A stretch of DNA of 64,000 nt from Gonapodya sp. JEL0774 (GCA_027604505.1 JADIIX010000022.1:124001-188000), one strand, 5' to 3'; positions 26,805 to 38,369 are shown, numbered from the stretch's first letter. Numbers and translations are program-made. Notes: generated by a model not told the origin, from the letters alone.

Positions 26805-27902
26805 CTACACTTTTGTAAATGCGACAGTGCTAACCCAGAAGGAATGGTTCAAATCAGCAAACTGATGCGAAAATAGAACCCGCGCGCATGATCTATGGCT
26901 CCCACCATATACGCTGTCCTTCAACACCTCCAAACTTGATAGTGGGGTACTTTTGATGTGAGTGGTACTTGAAACCATATCGTTCGGTTTGGGCGATAAT
27001 CTCGTCTTGAGTCCAGTTACATGATGTGATGAGGAACCTTGCGTTTGGTTTCAAGAGTGAGGCGGCGACACGGAAGTACCTTAAAATGACAAATCAACAC
27101 ACCTTCGGAGGAATGGAAACCACCACAATACGGAATATTAATACATACTTTTCTTTGGGCGCCGAACCGGGCGGCGCTTCTGCATTTTCTGGACTTAGGC
27201 ATATAGCGTCGTAGGTGCCCTTGTCCACGGCGAGGTCGAAAGCTTCTCGAAAATCCAGAGGGATGGCTCCTGCAGTTGAGCTTCCACCGTCTGCTTTTAT
27301 ATCCATTGTCAAGTCCATGACATGGTACGTGATTGTCGTGCCCTCTTGCAAGTTTGTGCATGCGGCTAGGACTTCTGAAGCGAGAGTCACTGCATTTTCC
27401 GAGTAGTCGACGCCGGTAAGGTTTGTGAAGCCTGCTTCGGCCTGCAAATAAGATCATTGAACAATCGGCAACGGGAGATGATGCGCTGGACAACACAGAT
27501 CAATCCTCACCAGAGCAATTAACAGATGACCATTCCCGGACCCGAGATCCACTACCTTCGCATTCTTACTCATGTGTTTTTCTGTCCAGGAAACCATTTT
27601 ATCGACGGCCTCTTCCCCGAACCTGCCGGGCAACGGAACAGCGGATAGGTGCAATCATCGCTGGACTCCAGACACTGCAGTCATTTCAGAGTCATAGCGC
27701 ACCATGCTTCCCCTGTGTCCCCGATCTCCCGAAAAGTATCTACCTCGCGCCCGTAGACAGAGTCCCAGCTTCACGCGGAGAATGATCGGCAATGAGAAAA
27801 CCTATGCATCCACTTTCGCAATTTTATGCGCACTCACTGCTGCTTCGTTCCAAGCGCTGAGGGCTCGAATGCTTTTTGAGAATCGTGTTCCAATTCTGTC
27901 AT
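26805..27902 (-). CDS. EFM4: eEF1A lysine methyltransferase (Efm4/See1, METTL10-like)
   Basis: PSALGTKQHW, WFGEEAV, VVDLGSGNGHLL, LTGVDYSENAV, FDLAVDKGTYDAI, ITSCNWT, FGGVEGQ..TVAF. Confidence 0.92.
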
Positions 27903-28070
27903 CGGTAAATAAACGGTGCTGAACACGAGGTGCTCAAGTTCCAACAACCTTACTTTGTACATAGAAGAATAGCTGACCCTCAACCCTGCGATTGATTAAA
28001 ACATACTCCATATTCATACCAAGACCGGTTCGGTAATGCTTAATCGCACGGTAGATGCACTTGGCCCGAG

Positions 28071-30309
28071 TCAGGCGTCAGCATCGAGCTCCCAATTCAC
28101 GCCTCCGAACTCATCGCCGTCTCCAATGAGACCCGTAGCATCCACAGCTAATCCACCCAAGTCAGCATGAATCCCTCCACTTCCATTCAGCAACGTAATC
28201 TCCCTCTCCAATTGGGGTTCGAAACCACCTTCCGGAACGCTCACAGGTTCCGCAGTTGCCCGCTCTGATTGCTCCCTCCTTTTCCGCTCCCTTTCATCCC
28301 GCAACCGCTCGTTCTCTTTTCTCCTTGCTTCTACTTCAGCAGGATCCAGTAATGGTGCCGATGCGGTGCTCCTGATAGCATTCCGGGAAGCTGTTTTGGC
28401 TGTTCGAGATCCTGACCTCGACCTGGATCTGGACCGTCTGTAGGAGTCTTTCATCCGTCGCGGCCTGTCGCCCCCTCTCTTTTCGCGTTCACGCTCCCTC
28501 TCTCGTGCGTACAATTCCTCCAATCGGCGGGGTCTATCTCTGTCGTTTTCGTGCATCTTGGAGTACGATGGAACATAACGCTCAATGACACGGTGGTCCC
28601 TGCTCACCACAAGACCCTCTGCACCAGCAACGGTCGGTACGGCAACGCTTGCAGCCGGCGGTGGGGCGGGTGGATAAGCGAGAGATGGTGGGGCCCGCAG
28701 ACTCGCAGGTGCCTCAAAGGGAGGTGGACTGAAGGCAGCCCGGGAGAGTCGTGCGGGCGGGATCGGCGACCTAGGGGACCTGGACCGAGCCCGGTGCTCC
28801 CGAGACCTCGACCGTCTCCCAACCGCTCTTTTGCCGTTACGTGGCCAAGAGCGCGATCTGCTACGTGACTTTGAGCCTCGTCGGCGTAAATCACGGTCTG
28901 GGGACCGAGGTCTCGCAGATAGGTCCGGGACTGGAACGATGCCACGGTCCCACCCTTCTCGCTTTGCCAGATCGTAAATGTGGATGGGTGCTTGGCTGGG
29001 TGGAGGCAAAGCGGCAGCCATCACTGGGCTCGGTGGGTACGAGTATCTTGGTGGAGGGTAAGGGTCACGTGGACCGAGTTGCCGATCGCGATAATCCCTC
29101 GACCGAGAACGTGACCTCGCGCGGTGCTGACTTGGCGGGTAATCGTAAGGCAAGGGTGGTGGCCGGTCTGTGCCCGAAAACATATGAGCGTGCGAGGAAC
29201 AGGGCAAGATTGGTATTGCATGTTTTGTCGTTATTGAAGTCGAGTTTTGCAGTGGTGGAAATTTACGAAGATGGTGCAGCGGTACCGTAAGAGGGTGGAA
29301 TGGAGGGGAAGCAGTCGACAAGGGGAGGCGAGGAGAAGGGGACAGAGAGACAGGATGTTACTTTATCGTCGCACAGTTGTCGAAGAAATAGCCCCGTCGG
29401 AGAGCGAGAGGATGAATACATAGTGCTCTCTATCAGCCGAAAAGCGTATCGAAAGGAGAAAGGTGGATGTGGGAGAAGGGAGGTGTGTCGCCTTGAGGCG
29501 AATCCGCGCACGTCAAGTCGCGGACCTTTGCTTCCTCCACAAATCAAGGACATTTGCATAAGGTGTTTTCTCGGCTGATGTCAGTTCGAAAGGGAGGTGA
29601 TCCGCTGGATCACTTTGGATTGGGTTGAGGGATTGGAAGAGAAATGTCCTTGCACAAGTCCAACATCAAGTTCTCCCGGATTCAAGACAGTCCGCGCTGT
29701 CAAGGAGGAGTCGAATGAAAAGTGCTCTCCATTTTCCGGCCCTTTCTGCCATCGGGTGTGTTGCGCAGCAGGGCAGTTTTCAAAGGTGAAACGTGACAAA
29801 ACTCGAGCGTGAAGACCGGTTTCCAAAAGCTGCCAGTCTCTATAGGAATTTTTTGCTCGGAGGAGCGCTTCTTTAATCTTCTCTCATCGATCCGCCCACT
29901 GAACACTCCAGCTCCCGGATTTCATGGCGATGCCCGAGAGAGCTGCTGCATTCTCACTGGAGGCCAACAAAAACTCACCCCTAGGCATATCAAATCTGTC
30001 GCCCCTTCTATCGCGACTCCTGGACCTCCGTGGAGACGGACTCCGCCTGAACCGTGCTTCTACCGGAATCATTGGGGGCACCGGCATGCCTCGAGATCTT
30101 CCGTCCCTGTCCCTATCATCTAGACGGTCCCGGTTATGTCTTTCCAACTCCCTCGAGCGTTCACGATCACGGTAGATGTCGTGAACAAGAGGACCACCGT
30201 ACATCATCCCCATTCCCGGTCCTGGTCTCTCGTAACGGTCTCTCGGGTCCATTCCAATAGAGCCTTTACCGGAAGAGCGGGGCGAAGGGGAGCGGTGATG
30301 GCGATACAT
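28071..30309 (-). CDS. Arg/Ser-rich low-complexity protein (two main exons, 811-nt intron 29168-29978)
   Basis: Both ORFs are RS/RD-rich; phase-1 donor G|GTGAGT at 29978 fits phase-1 acceptor CACAG| at 29168 giving MPR-D-RPPP. Could alternatively be two genes. Confidence 0.65.
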
Positions 30310-30450
30310 TGCGCCTTTGAAGGTTCAGAAAACACAACACCAACTGCACACACCACGGGACATCCCAAACGTACAAACTGTCACGTTCTGATGCAAAGTA
30401 GTCTCATGCAAGTCCAGTATTGCGGAAAATTTTAAAATTAAAATCAGTAT

Positions 30451-31723
30451 CTAGAAAGTCCCTGTTCTACTCTCCTCGTAAGGATACTCAAACTTTCTGT
30501 CTTTCCTCCTCCAAAGCTTCACCTTTTGTTTTGTCTTCAAGTTAGTACACCACACCTCCACTGCATGGCTCTTGCGGAATTCACGGACCCACACAGGGTC
30601 CCACAATTCTGAGCCTATTCCCAAGTCCTTGCAGCATCGGGTGAGAGCATTTGATTTAACCCCTTCGGTGGCGTTAGGGAGTTGAGATTTATCATATGCC
30701 TCCTAGAGGGAGCGATGTGAAAGGAAGTAATGTGAGAAGGGACACGCAGGTTGGTGGAATGGGCATCCAGGTAGATTGACCATCTCTCACCATCATTCCA
30801 CGTGCCTGTGACACAAACCGGCCCATACAAAACAGCGCGTACTAGATTCCGCAACAGAATCGAAGCAAAATAAGCTGGAGTTAGACCTCGCACGCCCTCA
30901 TCTTGGTTCTCACCTCCCGAGTGAGCGTTTTGTCGATGAGTGTATGCTTCCCTCTGGGTACCAGTCCCCATGCGCCAGGACCGAATGCCCGGTTAAGTAC
31001 GCGTCGGAATTTAATTTCGGGAAGGTAAGGTACACCGTCGGCTTGGAGCAGGAAGGTTGGCGGGGAGACAGAGCCAAGCACTTTGTCAAACCACTCACTC
31101 GGGAGGATTTCCACATCATCTCGATTCAAGGGCTCCAAGAGAACTTTCACAACGTCATCGGGAAACTTTTCTTTGGAAACTCCAGCAAAGGATTGGGTCA
31201 GATCACTGTCATATCCTGGTCCGCGCCAGATCACCTCCGTGTCATCCAAAAACTCGCCGGCACCGCTACCGTCTTGGAAGATATTGTCACGACGATGAGA
31301 GCCAGCTGCATGTTCTGAGGTGAAGTTGCCGGGAGGACTACCTTTGAAGTTGTTGTTCGAGTCCGAGCCGTTAGTGCGTAGAGCGGAGAAGGAAAAGTTG
31401 CGGATACGGAGAGTTGACTGGATTGTGCGAGTCACAAACGCGATGAGTGGAAGAGAATTCCAGGACATTAGTATTTGGAAGCGAACGGTGAACGGAAAAC
31501 GGAGTCGGTGAGCAACGAAAAACCAAGAAGACGAAGAACAGTGCCCTTTGTGTATAGCAATACAGCGATTTCTTACGAGTTGGGATTGAGAATGCAAGTG
31601 AGGTCTCGGTGCTGAGAAGTAATGTGAAACGGGCGGTACTGCAGTCACGACGGGAGCGACTGCTTGGGACGTGACCTTGGGGATCATGGCTCTCAAAGAT
31701 CTGCATGCAGGCGGAAAACGCAT
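30451..31723 (-). CDS. MGM101: Mitochondrial genome maintenance protein Mgm101 (Rad52 superfamily)
   Basis: [85 protein letters not shown]; Arg-rich presequence-like N-terminus. Confidence 0.95.
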
Positions 31724-32124
31724 CGCACGCGGAGCTGAGAAATTTCAGTCGATTGACTTTGAATCGACTTCGCAAAGTCGCAACGCGTGGCAGTTACACA
31801 GCCCAATCCTGACAGCCCCCAGGATTCTCGGTCTACATGAATAATTAATTTATAAGATCTCAGGAGAGGGAAAAGGGATCATGAACCCCGGAAGTTCGAG
31901 AAGCAATCCTTGATTAATACATCGTTGCAAGTGAAAATGAACATTGACTACCGGCAACTTTCAAATTTTGCTTCTCCGTCTCTCATACAATGGTGACCCA
32001 CCTCCATTCCCGTAATTATTGCTTGGATGATTTGCAAAACGTTAAGAGGGCTGTGCCATTATTCTTATTTCAACCGGCTTGGGTTCAACAACCCCAAACT
32101 TGAACCGGACGCAAATCTTTCATC

Positions 32125-33405
32125 ATGGACGTGAAAGGAGCGCCAGCAATCGACGGAGACTCCAGACCTCTTCCATCAGGGTTCGTTCTTGGTTTCCAGG
32201 GCCTTTGTGGGAATGGGGTTCCCCGACGGCTCTTGTTTCATGGTTCAAACACTTCTCACAGCGTGTTCGCCCGTCTTCTTGCAGTTGGGAAGCTTTCTTC
32301 GACGATAACCACAAGCGCTACTACTTTGTGAATTCTTCAACGAACAGTGAGGGTCGACTCCGTGCTGATGTTTTGGTGACCGGCTCTCGTGACCTCTCCT
32401 TGCCGACCACACGAAACAGCCACAACTTGGACTGATCCCCGTGGGCCTATGCCGCCTTCCTCATCCAGTCACGCAGCATGTACGTAGCTTCAGTTCACTT
32501 GCTCGTTCCTTTCTGGAGTCTCGTTGGAACGCAATGGAACCGTTCACGCTCCATGTTCAATATCAGCTGCTCCTCCAGCTTCCCAGCCTGCACATTACAA
32601 CCCTCCAAGTCGCGAGCTATATAACATACAAAATCAGCAAGCTCCCGCTGGATCGACTGCCTCAGCACCCCCGCCCTACACTTCTGGTCCACCTCAGCAA
32701 CAGTTTCAACCCCCTCCACAAGGCCAGCAACAACAGTACCAACCTCCTCCTCAAGGTCAGCAGCAGCAGTACCAACCCCCTCCGCAAGGCCAGCAGCAGC
32801 AGTACCAAACCGCTCCGCAAGGCCAGCAGCAGCAGTACCAAACCGCTCCGCAAGGCCAGCAGCAGCTGTACCAACCCGCTCCACAAGGCCAGCAGCAACA
32901 ATACCAACCGCCACCACAAGGACAGCAACAGCAATACCGTCCGCCGCCAGATGGGAAACAGCAGTATCCACCGCCCGCTCAACCAGCTTCTGGATCCTAC
33001 CCGCCACCACCTGCTCAGCAAGCTGACGGTCAGCGTGGACTTCCACCACCCCAGCAATATGTCCCCCCACCTGGAGGTTACGCGCCTCCTCCCACTCAGC
33101 CTGCAGGTGGCTACGCGCCTCCTCCAGCTCAACCCGCAGGTGGCTATGCGCCCCCCCCCTACCCTGCCGCACAGCAAGGATATGGATACCCACCACCCGC
33201 GCAGCCCTATCAAAACTACGCACCGCCCCCACCAACATATTACGCACCGCCACCTCCGCCTCCGCAGGTAATCTACCAGCAAGCTCCTCCACCCATCGTA
33301 GTTCAACAGCCTGCGGTCTACGGTGCCCCCGCATACTACGGCGGTGGGTATGGTGTTAGTGCTGGTGTACTCGGATTGGGGTTGGGTTTGGCGCTTTGGA
33401 AATGA
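32125..33405 (+). CDS. WW-domain protein with Q/P/Y-rich tail
   Basis: Spliced PLPSG-WEAFFDDNHKRYYFVNSSTN-TTTWTDPR is a WW domain; followed by Q/P/Y repeats and a hydrophobic Gly-rich end. Confidence 0.85.
32690..33160 (+). repeat. Coding tandem repeats: about 7 x 33 nt (QGQQQQYQPPP), then 3 x GGYAPPP
   Basis: Visible in sequence and translation of ORF 32524-33405. Confidence 0.9.
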
Positions 33406-33726
33406 GCGAGGGAATGAAGGTCTTAGTGGTGCATGATTGTTGCTGGGATGGTTCCGTTGAAGTTCCGTTTAACTGGAAATAGTGGAGAAGTTTTAGTTCC
33501 CTAAGGATGAGGCAGTTGATGAAAAGACACTTGTAGTGTTTAGGCGGGCATAGTTCATTTCCGTGTGTTTGGTTTTCTCTATATCGCAGATAAATACACT
33601 TGTGTTACTTTCGTTCGGCGTGAACACATAAAAAGAGGGGGAAGCAAAGTAAAAATGGTATAACTGAGTACAATAATAATATGACGCAAGATACACGAAT
33701 TATGTACACATTGGAAAGCCCAATCG

Positions 33727-35499
33727 TCACCGGCATTTCCAAACCGACCACACTACCACCGCACAGTCCACGACGCTCACCACTACCACTACAATTAGCA
33801 ACCATATTGGTGACTCAAGGCTCGCAAGACTCGTTCTGGCCGGTGGGTTCACTATGCGGGCCAGGAAGGACAAGTGTTTATCGCGCGGAATCGTTGGAGA
33901 AGGGAGGAGAGGTAGGTCCGATGATTCGTCGTCCTTGGTAGAATGACAGCTTGCGTTATCTGCATCGGAGTCGTTGAGAATGTCCACCGACAATACGTGC
34001 GTAGTTGGCTGGACTTCATCGGGTAATGTCGAATTTCGAAAGGTCCGGTGGCGAGTCCGCAACATCGATCTCTGCATTCGAAGAACTTCCAAGTAGCCAC
34101 AGACAGATACGAAGCCGCATGCCCACGTCGAGTGCGAGAACCACGGGTAAATGCACGAAGAAGGAGCGGGGATTGCGAGGAACACCGTGGGTTGTGCAAG
34201 CATAAAGGACAAATAGCCTGTAAAGCGATGTAACTACAACAATAAGCCGAATTCAGTAAGCAAGAGACTGCACACATTCTGATGACATTCCTTGTGAAAC
34301 CGGGACCCTCACCGACGGAGAGAAGAGCAGCACCATCGATGCGTTCTGCCAATAGTCCATAAATTTTAACAGCCAGTGGCGCTGGACGTTTCGTGGGGAA
34401 ATGCTTGGTGACAAAGGGAAATCGAAGGAAGAAGACTCTGACAGAGGTTGATCCACAATGGGTGGTAGTGCCGGAAGTGCATGGGATGGGCTTGTCGGCC
34501 TCGGAGATAGAGGCGTAGGGGATGTACTTCCGACAGCCAGCTATGAGATGGGGAAGCAACGTTCCACGTCATGGACTAAATCCCTTTGACGCAACCAAAT
34601 GATAAGTACCGTGTTTCGAACTTCCTGTTCCACTATGGACAGGTCTCTGACATGGGTCGACGTCGAATCCTCGCTCGCATTACCCGCGTTTCTATCTTTC
34701 CCCTTGAGCGAGACTGCGAGATCTGCCCTTGTGGTGCTGGTGTCCACCTCAAGGGGTGCTGGTAATGGGGAAGACGGAGAGACAAGAGACGGGGATCGGA
34801 ACTCTCTTCCGAAATGCGCAACTATTCCAGTTACGGGTTGCAAAAAGAGCAGAGAGGCGGCAGCAAGGCCGATCGTAGAGTGTAGTTGGGCGAGTGGGCT
34901 CGAAGCAATGAGGGAGAGTGACATTGACAGGAGGACAGAGAGCACCGTGCATAGTTGCAGAACGACATGGATTCGAAGCCAAGTGAGCGAGACAAGCTCT
35001 TGTGTTGGACTTTGAATATGTGACTTCACCAATTGACCGCGATAGTATCTTAAAGTGTTTGCCAATGCTCAGACATATTGAATCGAACTTAGCAGCCGAT
35101 TCATTTCCCACCTGGCAACTAAAATCGCGGTAGGTGCAAAGATTGTCCACGTGCACGTGGCGATCGCTCCGTGAAGGTTGAGCTTGATGAGTTCTTGTCC
35201 CGTTCGTGGTTCCCTTTTCGTGAAACAGAATCTATCACCGAACAACTTCACATCCCCTTATTGCCTTTGCTCACATGCTTTCGAGGATGCGCTTCATCCT
35301 GGGTGAGGGCGACGAAGTTCCATACGCGGGGCAATATATTAGGCGTGGGGGTTTCATTCGACACCATGACTGACGCTGCCAGCACTTCCGATTCTACTGA
35401 ACAGTCAACAAGTTTTCGAGAAAGTGATCTATTGCGATATTGGTCAACGAATGTGTATGTACATAATACCTTACAGCGACTGACTGGCAGGAGTCCCAT
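33727..35499 (-). CDS. Cytochrome b561-domain membrane protein (multi-exon)
   Basis: LHGAIATCTWTIFAPTAILVAR, WLRIHVVLQ, LHSTIGLAAASLLFLQPVTG follow the heme-ligand His spacing of b561 domains; start and some exons uncertain. Confidence 0.7.
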
Positions 35500-35683
35500 A
35501 ATACGAAGGCTAACAAATAGGAAGCTTCCTGTAGATACTTCCCTGTGGTCCAACTGCGCTTTCTATGAAAGTCAGAGGTCAAGATTGGAAAAACGGCGGC
35601 GACGACAGAGAGGTTAGAGATCGAATCAAATCGAACGGTCAGTTCAAAACGACGAGAAAATCCGACGCCATTGCGCAAAGAAG

Positions 35684-35777
35684 CATTCCGTCATATTCTA
35701 TGGGTGATATATTGCATTCAACACTGACCCGAAGGTCTCCGAAAGAACGCAGCAAAAGTTTATAATCACACGGGATG
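35684..35777 (-). ncRNA. Intronic box C/D snoRNA, dual guide (5.8S and 18S rRNA)
   Basis: Terminal stem CAUCCCG/CGGAAUG; box C GUGAUUA with box D AUGA; D' CGGA, GACC-UUCG-GGUC hairpin, C' GUGUUGA; guides UUUUGCUGCGUUCUU (antisense to 5.8S AAGAACGCAGC) and CACCCAUAGAAU (antisense to 18S AUUCUAUGGGUG). Confidence 0.88.
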
Positions 35778-35949
35778 GCCGTCCAATTCATTGACTAACT
35801 CACGAAGAGCGTAACACTCACATTGGCGATTCGGAAGACGGGTGGATACTCCGGTCTGCCAACACGAAATATGGAGTTGATACGGAATCAGCCATAGGTT
35901 TCCACAGTGCAACACAACAGACGTGATGACAGACATCGGTCGTGGTATA

Positions 35950-36042
35950 TCCCTCAACGACTTAAATAAACGTTCATCAATAACCGAGGACCAACAAGTT
36001 GGACCCCGTTATGACTTTGCAGACAGTTTCTCATCATTGGGA
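35950..36042 (-). ncRNA. Intronic box C/D snoRNA, probable LSU rRNA 3'-region guide
   Basis: Stem UCCC/GGGA, box C AUGAUGA, C' UUGAUGA, box D UUGA, internal hairpin; elements UAUUUAAGUCG and GUCUGCAAAG are antisense to the LSU segment CUUUGCAGACGACUUAAAUA as recalled from plant 25S. Confidence 0.75.
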
Positions 36043-36202
36043 ACACAACTCCGCAGGTTGCAAATCACCGTCACTGTCAGAGACATGACACTCACATCAT
36101 GGAGCAGTTGTGGAAGCGACTTCAAGCAGGTTATCCATGATGGATGCGGACGACGAAACAAATTGAAAGAAACACGGATGAAGTTGGAAAGAGAAACTGG
36201 AT

Positions 36203-36209
36203 TTTTATA
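36203..36209 (-). promoter_or_regulatory. TATA box of the snoRNA host transcript
   Basis: TATAAAA on the minus strand followed by a pyrimidine-rich stretch and the first GTGAGT donor at 36095. Confidence 0.5.
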
Positions 36210-36539
36210 GGGTGGATTTTCTCTTGTCAGGACAGGGCAGAATCATCTCGACCGAAGACAAACCATCCAACCAAGAATTCGAGGTTGCATTATTAGATTT
36301 ATGTAGTACCTCACGCAACTGTACAGCGAAAAAATAATGTATATATACATACCATCCTGAAGCGAGTAGAATGAGACAAAATCCGCATAAAGATGATGGG
36401 ATACAGTCGTGACAGAAAGCCCCGGGTTACGACTAGCAGTTACGTCTTATAATACCATTTCTAAACTCTAAAAAGGTTGGACAGTTATTCTAGGGAACTC
36501 CTCTATCCATCCATCCCTCGATTTCATCTAGAAAATCAT

Positions 36540-38102
36540 CTATTTGGCGTAAACAGTCGAGAAGTACTCCTGGCTCTTGAGGGGGTCGTCCTTCATAGTC
36601 TTGGCTCCACCTGGGAAAAAGAAGCAAATTATTGGGAGGCATTTTCAGGGAAGGGTTTTCGGCACAAGCGGCACACAGCGGCACAGGAGGAGCAAGCATC
36701 AGTTTTTCCGTCTGCGCTTCCGCTTTCCTAACACAGTATCATCCGATGGCTCGACAACGTTCGCCGTATTTGTAGATGAAGAATCCACTTCCATTGGTGT
36801 CGGGGCTTCCACTGCCGCAGCGACGACCAAATGCTTTTCTTCGACATCATTAGTCCCGACAACCGGAGGACCTGATGCTCCTTCTAACTCCTTCGTCGAT
36901 GACTCACGCTTCCAGCCGACGGGGCAGACCTCGCCGTGAATGTCGGTGTACTGCGAGCAACGGTCGGCAAGTGAGACACTGATAAAATAAACTAAGCTCA
37001 TTGGAAGACCCACTTGAACAGCCTCAACGAGTCGGAGGACCTCGTCGACAGATCGGCCGATGGGGAGGCTAAAGAGGATGCGTTGGGATTGGTGAGAGAC
37101 GCAAACATCCCCAATGGATACCGTCGCGACTCCCAGAGTCTCACTCATTGACCATAGCCACGCGAACTTTGCCCTTGGGGTCCACGATGAAAGTACCTGA
37201 TAAGAAAGTCCCCAAGAATAGAGTTTACGTGGTTAGCTTGATATCACTATTTCATTGAGGAACACACTGACCTCGAAGAGCGATACCGTCGTTCTCGAGA
37301 AGAACACCAAAATCCCGGGAGATCTTCTTGGTCACATCAGCCACTAAAAACAAGTTGACACGAACATGAGGATGCTGGGGCTGGGGGGGCCTCATCAAAG
37401 TGATAATTGGAAGACTCACGGATGGGAATCTTCATCTCACCAATGCCACCTTTGTTGCGGGGGGTGTTGATCCAAGCTGTTACGTTATTGTGACGACGCA
37501 AAGGTGAGGAGTACCGACGCACATTTACGTCAAAATGACCAGACGTACCGAGGTGAGAGTACTCGGAGTCAACAGAGGCAGCGATGACCTCAACGCCAAG
37601 TTTCTTGAACTCATCGACGCGGTCAGAGAATGCGATGATCTCGGTCGGGCTTGATGAGATCAAAAAGAACAAGGGCGGCAAACAACGTAAGCCGTCGATA
37701 ATTACTACTTTTCCTTTTGAGAGCAACAACGAATCTGCTCGGATAAATTCTCACCAGACGAAAGTGAAGTCGACTGTCGTGTTTTAATGGATCATGAGGT
37801 TATTAATAACTCGTAATCGGCATCGAATCAAATGGAAGACACTCACGGGGGTAGAAGAAGAGTACAAAGTCTGATTTAGATTGCATGATGAGAGTCGCCA
37901 AGAGGAGGTTTCACGGCGACGATGGCGCGTGCGGCCGGATCAGATCATGCAGGGCGGGATGGGGCCGATAGAAGCCCCAGGGAAGAAAAGCATGACACCC
38001 ACATTTGCCCTTGTAGTCAGACAGGCTGACCTTCTTGAACTCTCCGTTGACAACGGCAGTCGCGCTGAAGTCGGGGCAGGGTCCCTGAACCTTGGCTGTC
38101 AT
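36540..38102 (-). CDS. TSA1: Typical 2-Cys peroxiredoxin (Tsa1/Prx1 subfamily)
   Basis: [60 protein letters not shown]; final exon 36540-36610 encodes [22 protein letters not shown]. Confidence 0.95.
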
Positions 38103-38369
38103 GGGAGCCAAGAAGCACCATGGAAGGTAAAACAACGTGATGAGATTCGAATTCTGGAGAACCGACAGGAGCAACACGGCGATTGAGCATTGGGAACGCA
38201 CCCATTAGAGTCTGATGGGTTGTGAAGTGGAAAAGAAGTTTTGACGTGGTGATTTTCGAAACCAGTGGAACGGCTTTTTATGGAGCTGTGGACGCGATAA
38301 CACTGATCACAAAATGTTTTTGTATTTGTCATCACTATTCCCACCAAGCCCTCTACACAAACAACGACA

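Noticed and set aside
29755..29870. Possible U4 snRNA (TTGCGCAG..GGCAGT and Sm-like site)
   Set aside because: U4 K-turn and U6-pairing stem I sequences not recognisable; kept only as an unexplained structured region.
32495..33334. Long antisense and alternative-frame ORFs over the WW gene
   Set aside because: By-products of the stop-poor CAG/CCN repeat sequence.
37911..38201. Hydrophobic N-terminal extension of the peroxiredoxin (possible signal peptide)
   Set aside because: Starts at GTG, not ATG; no support for non-AUG initiation from sequence alone.
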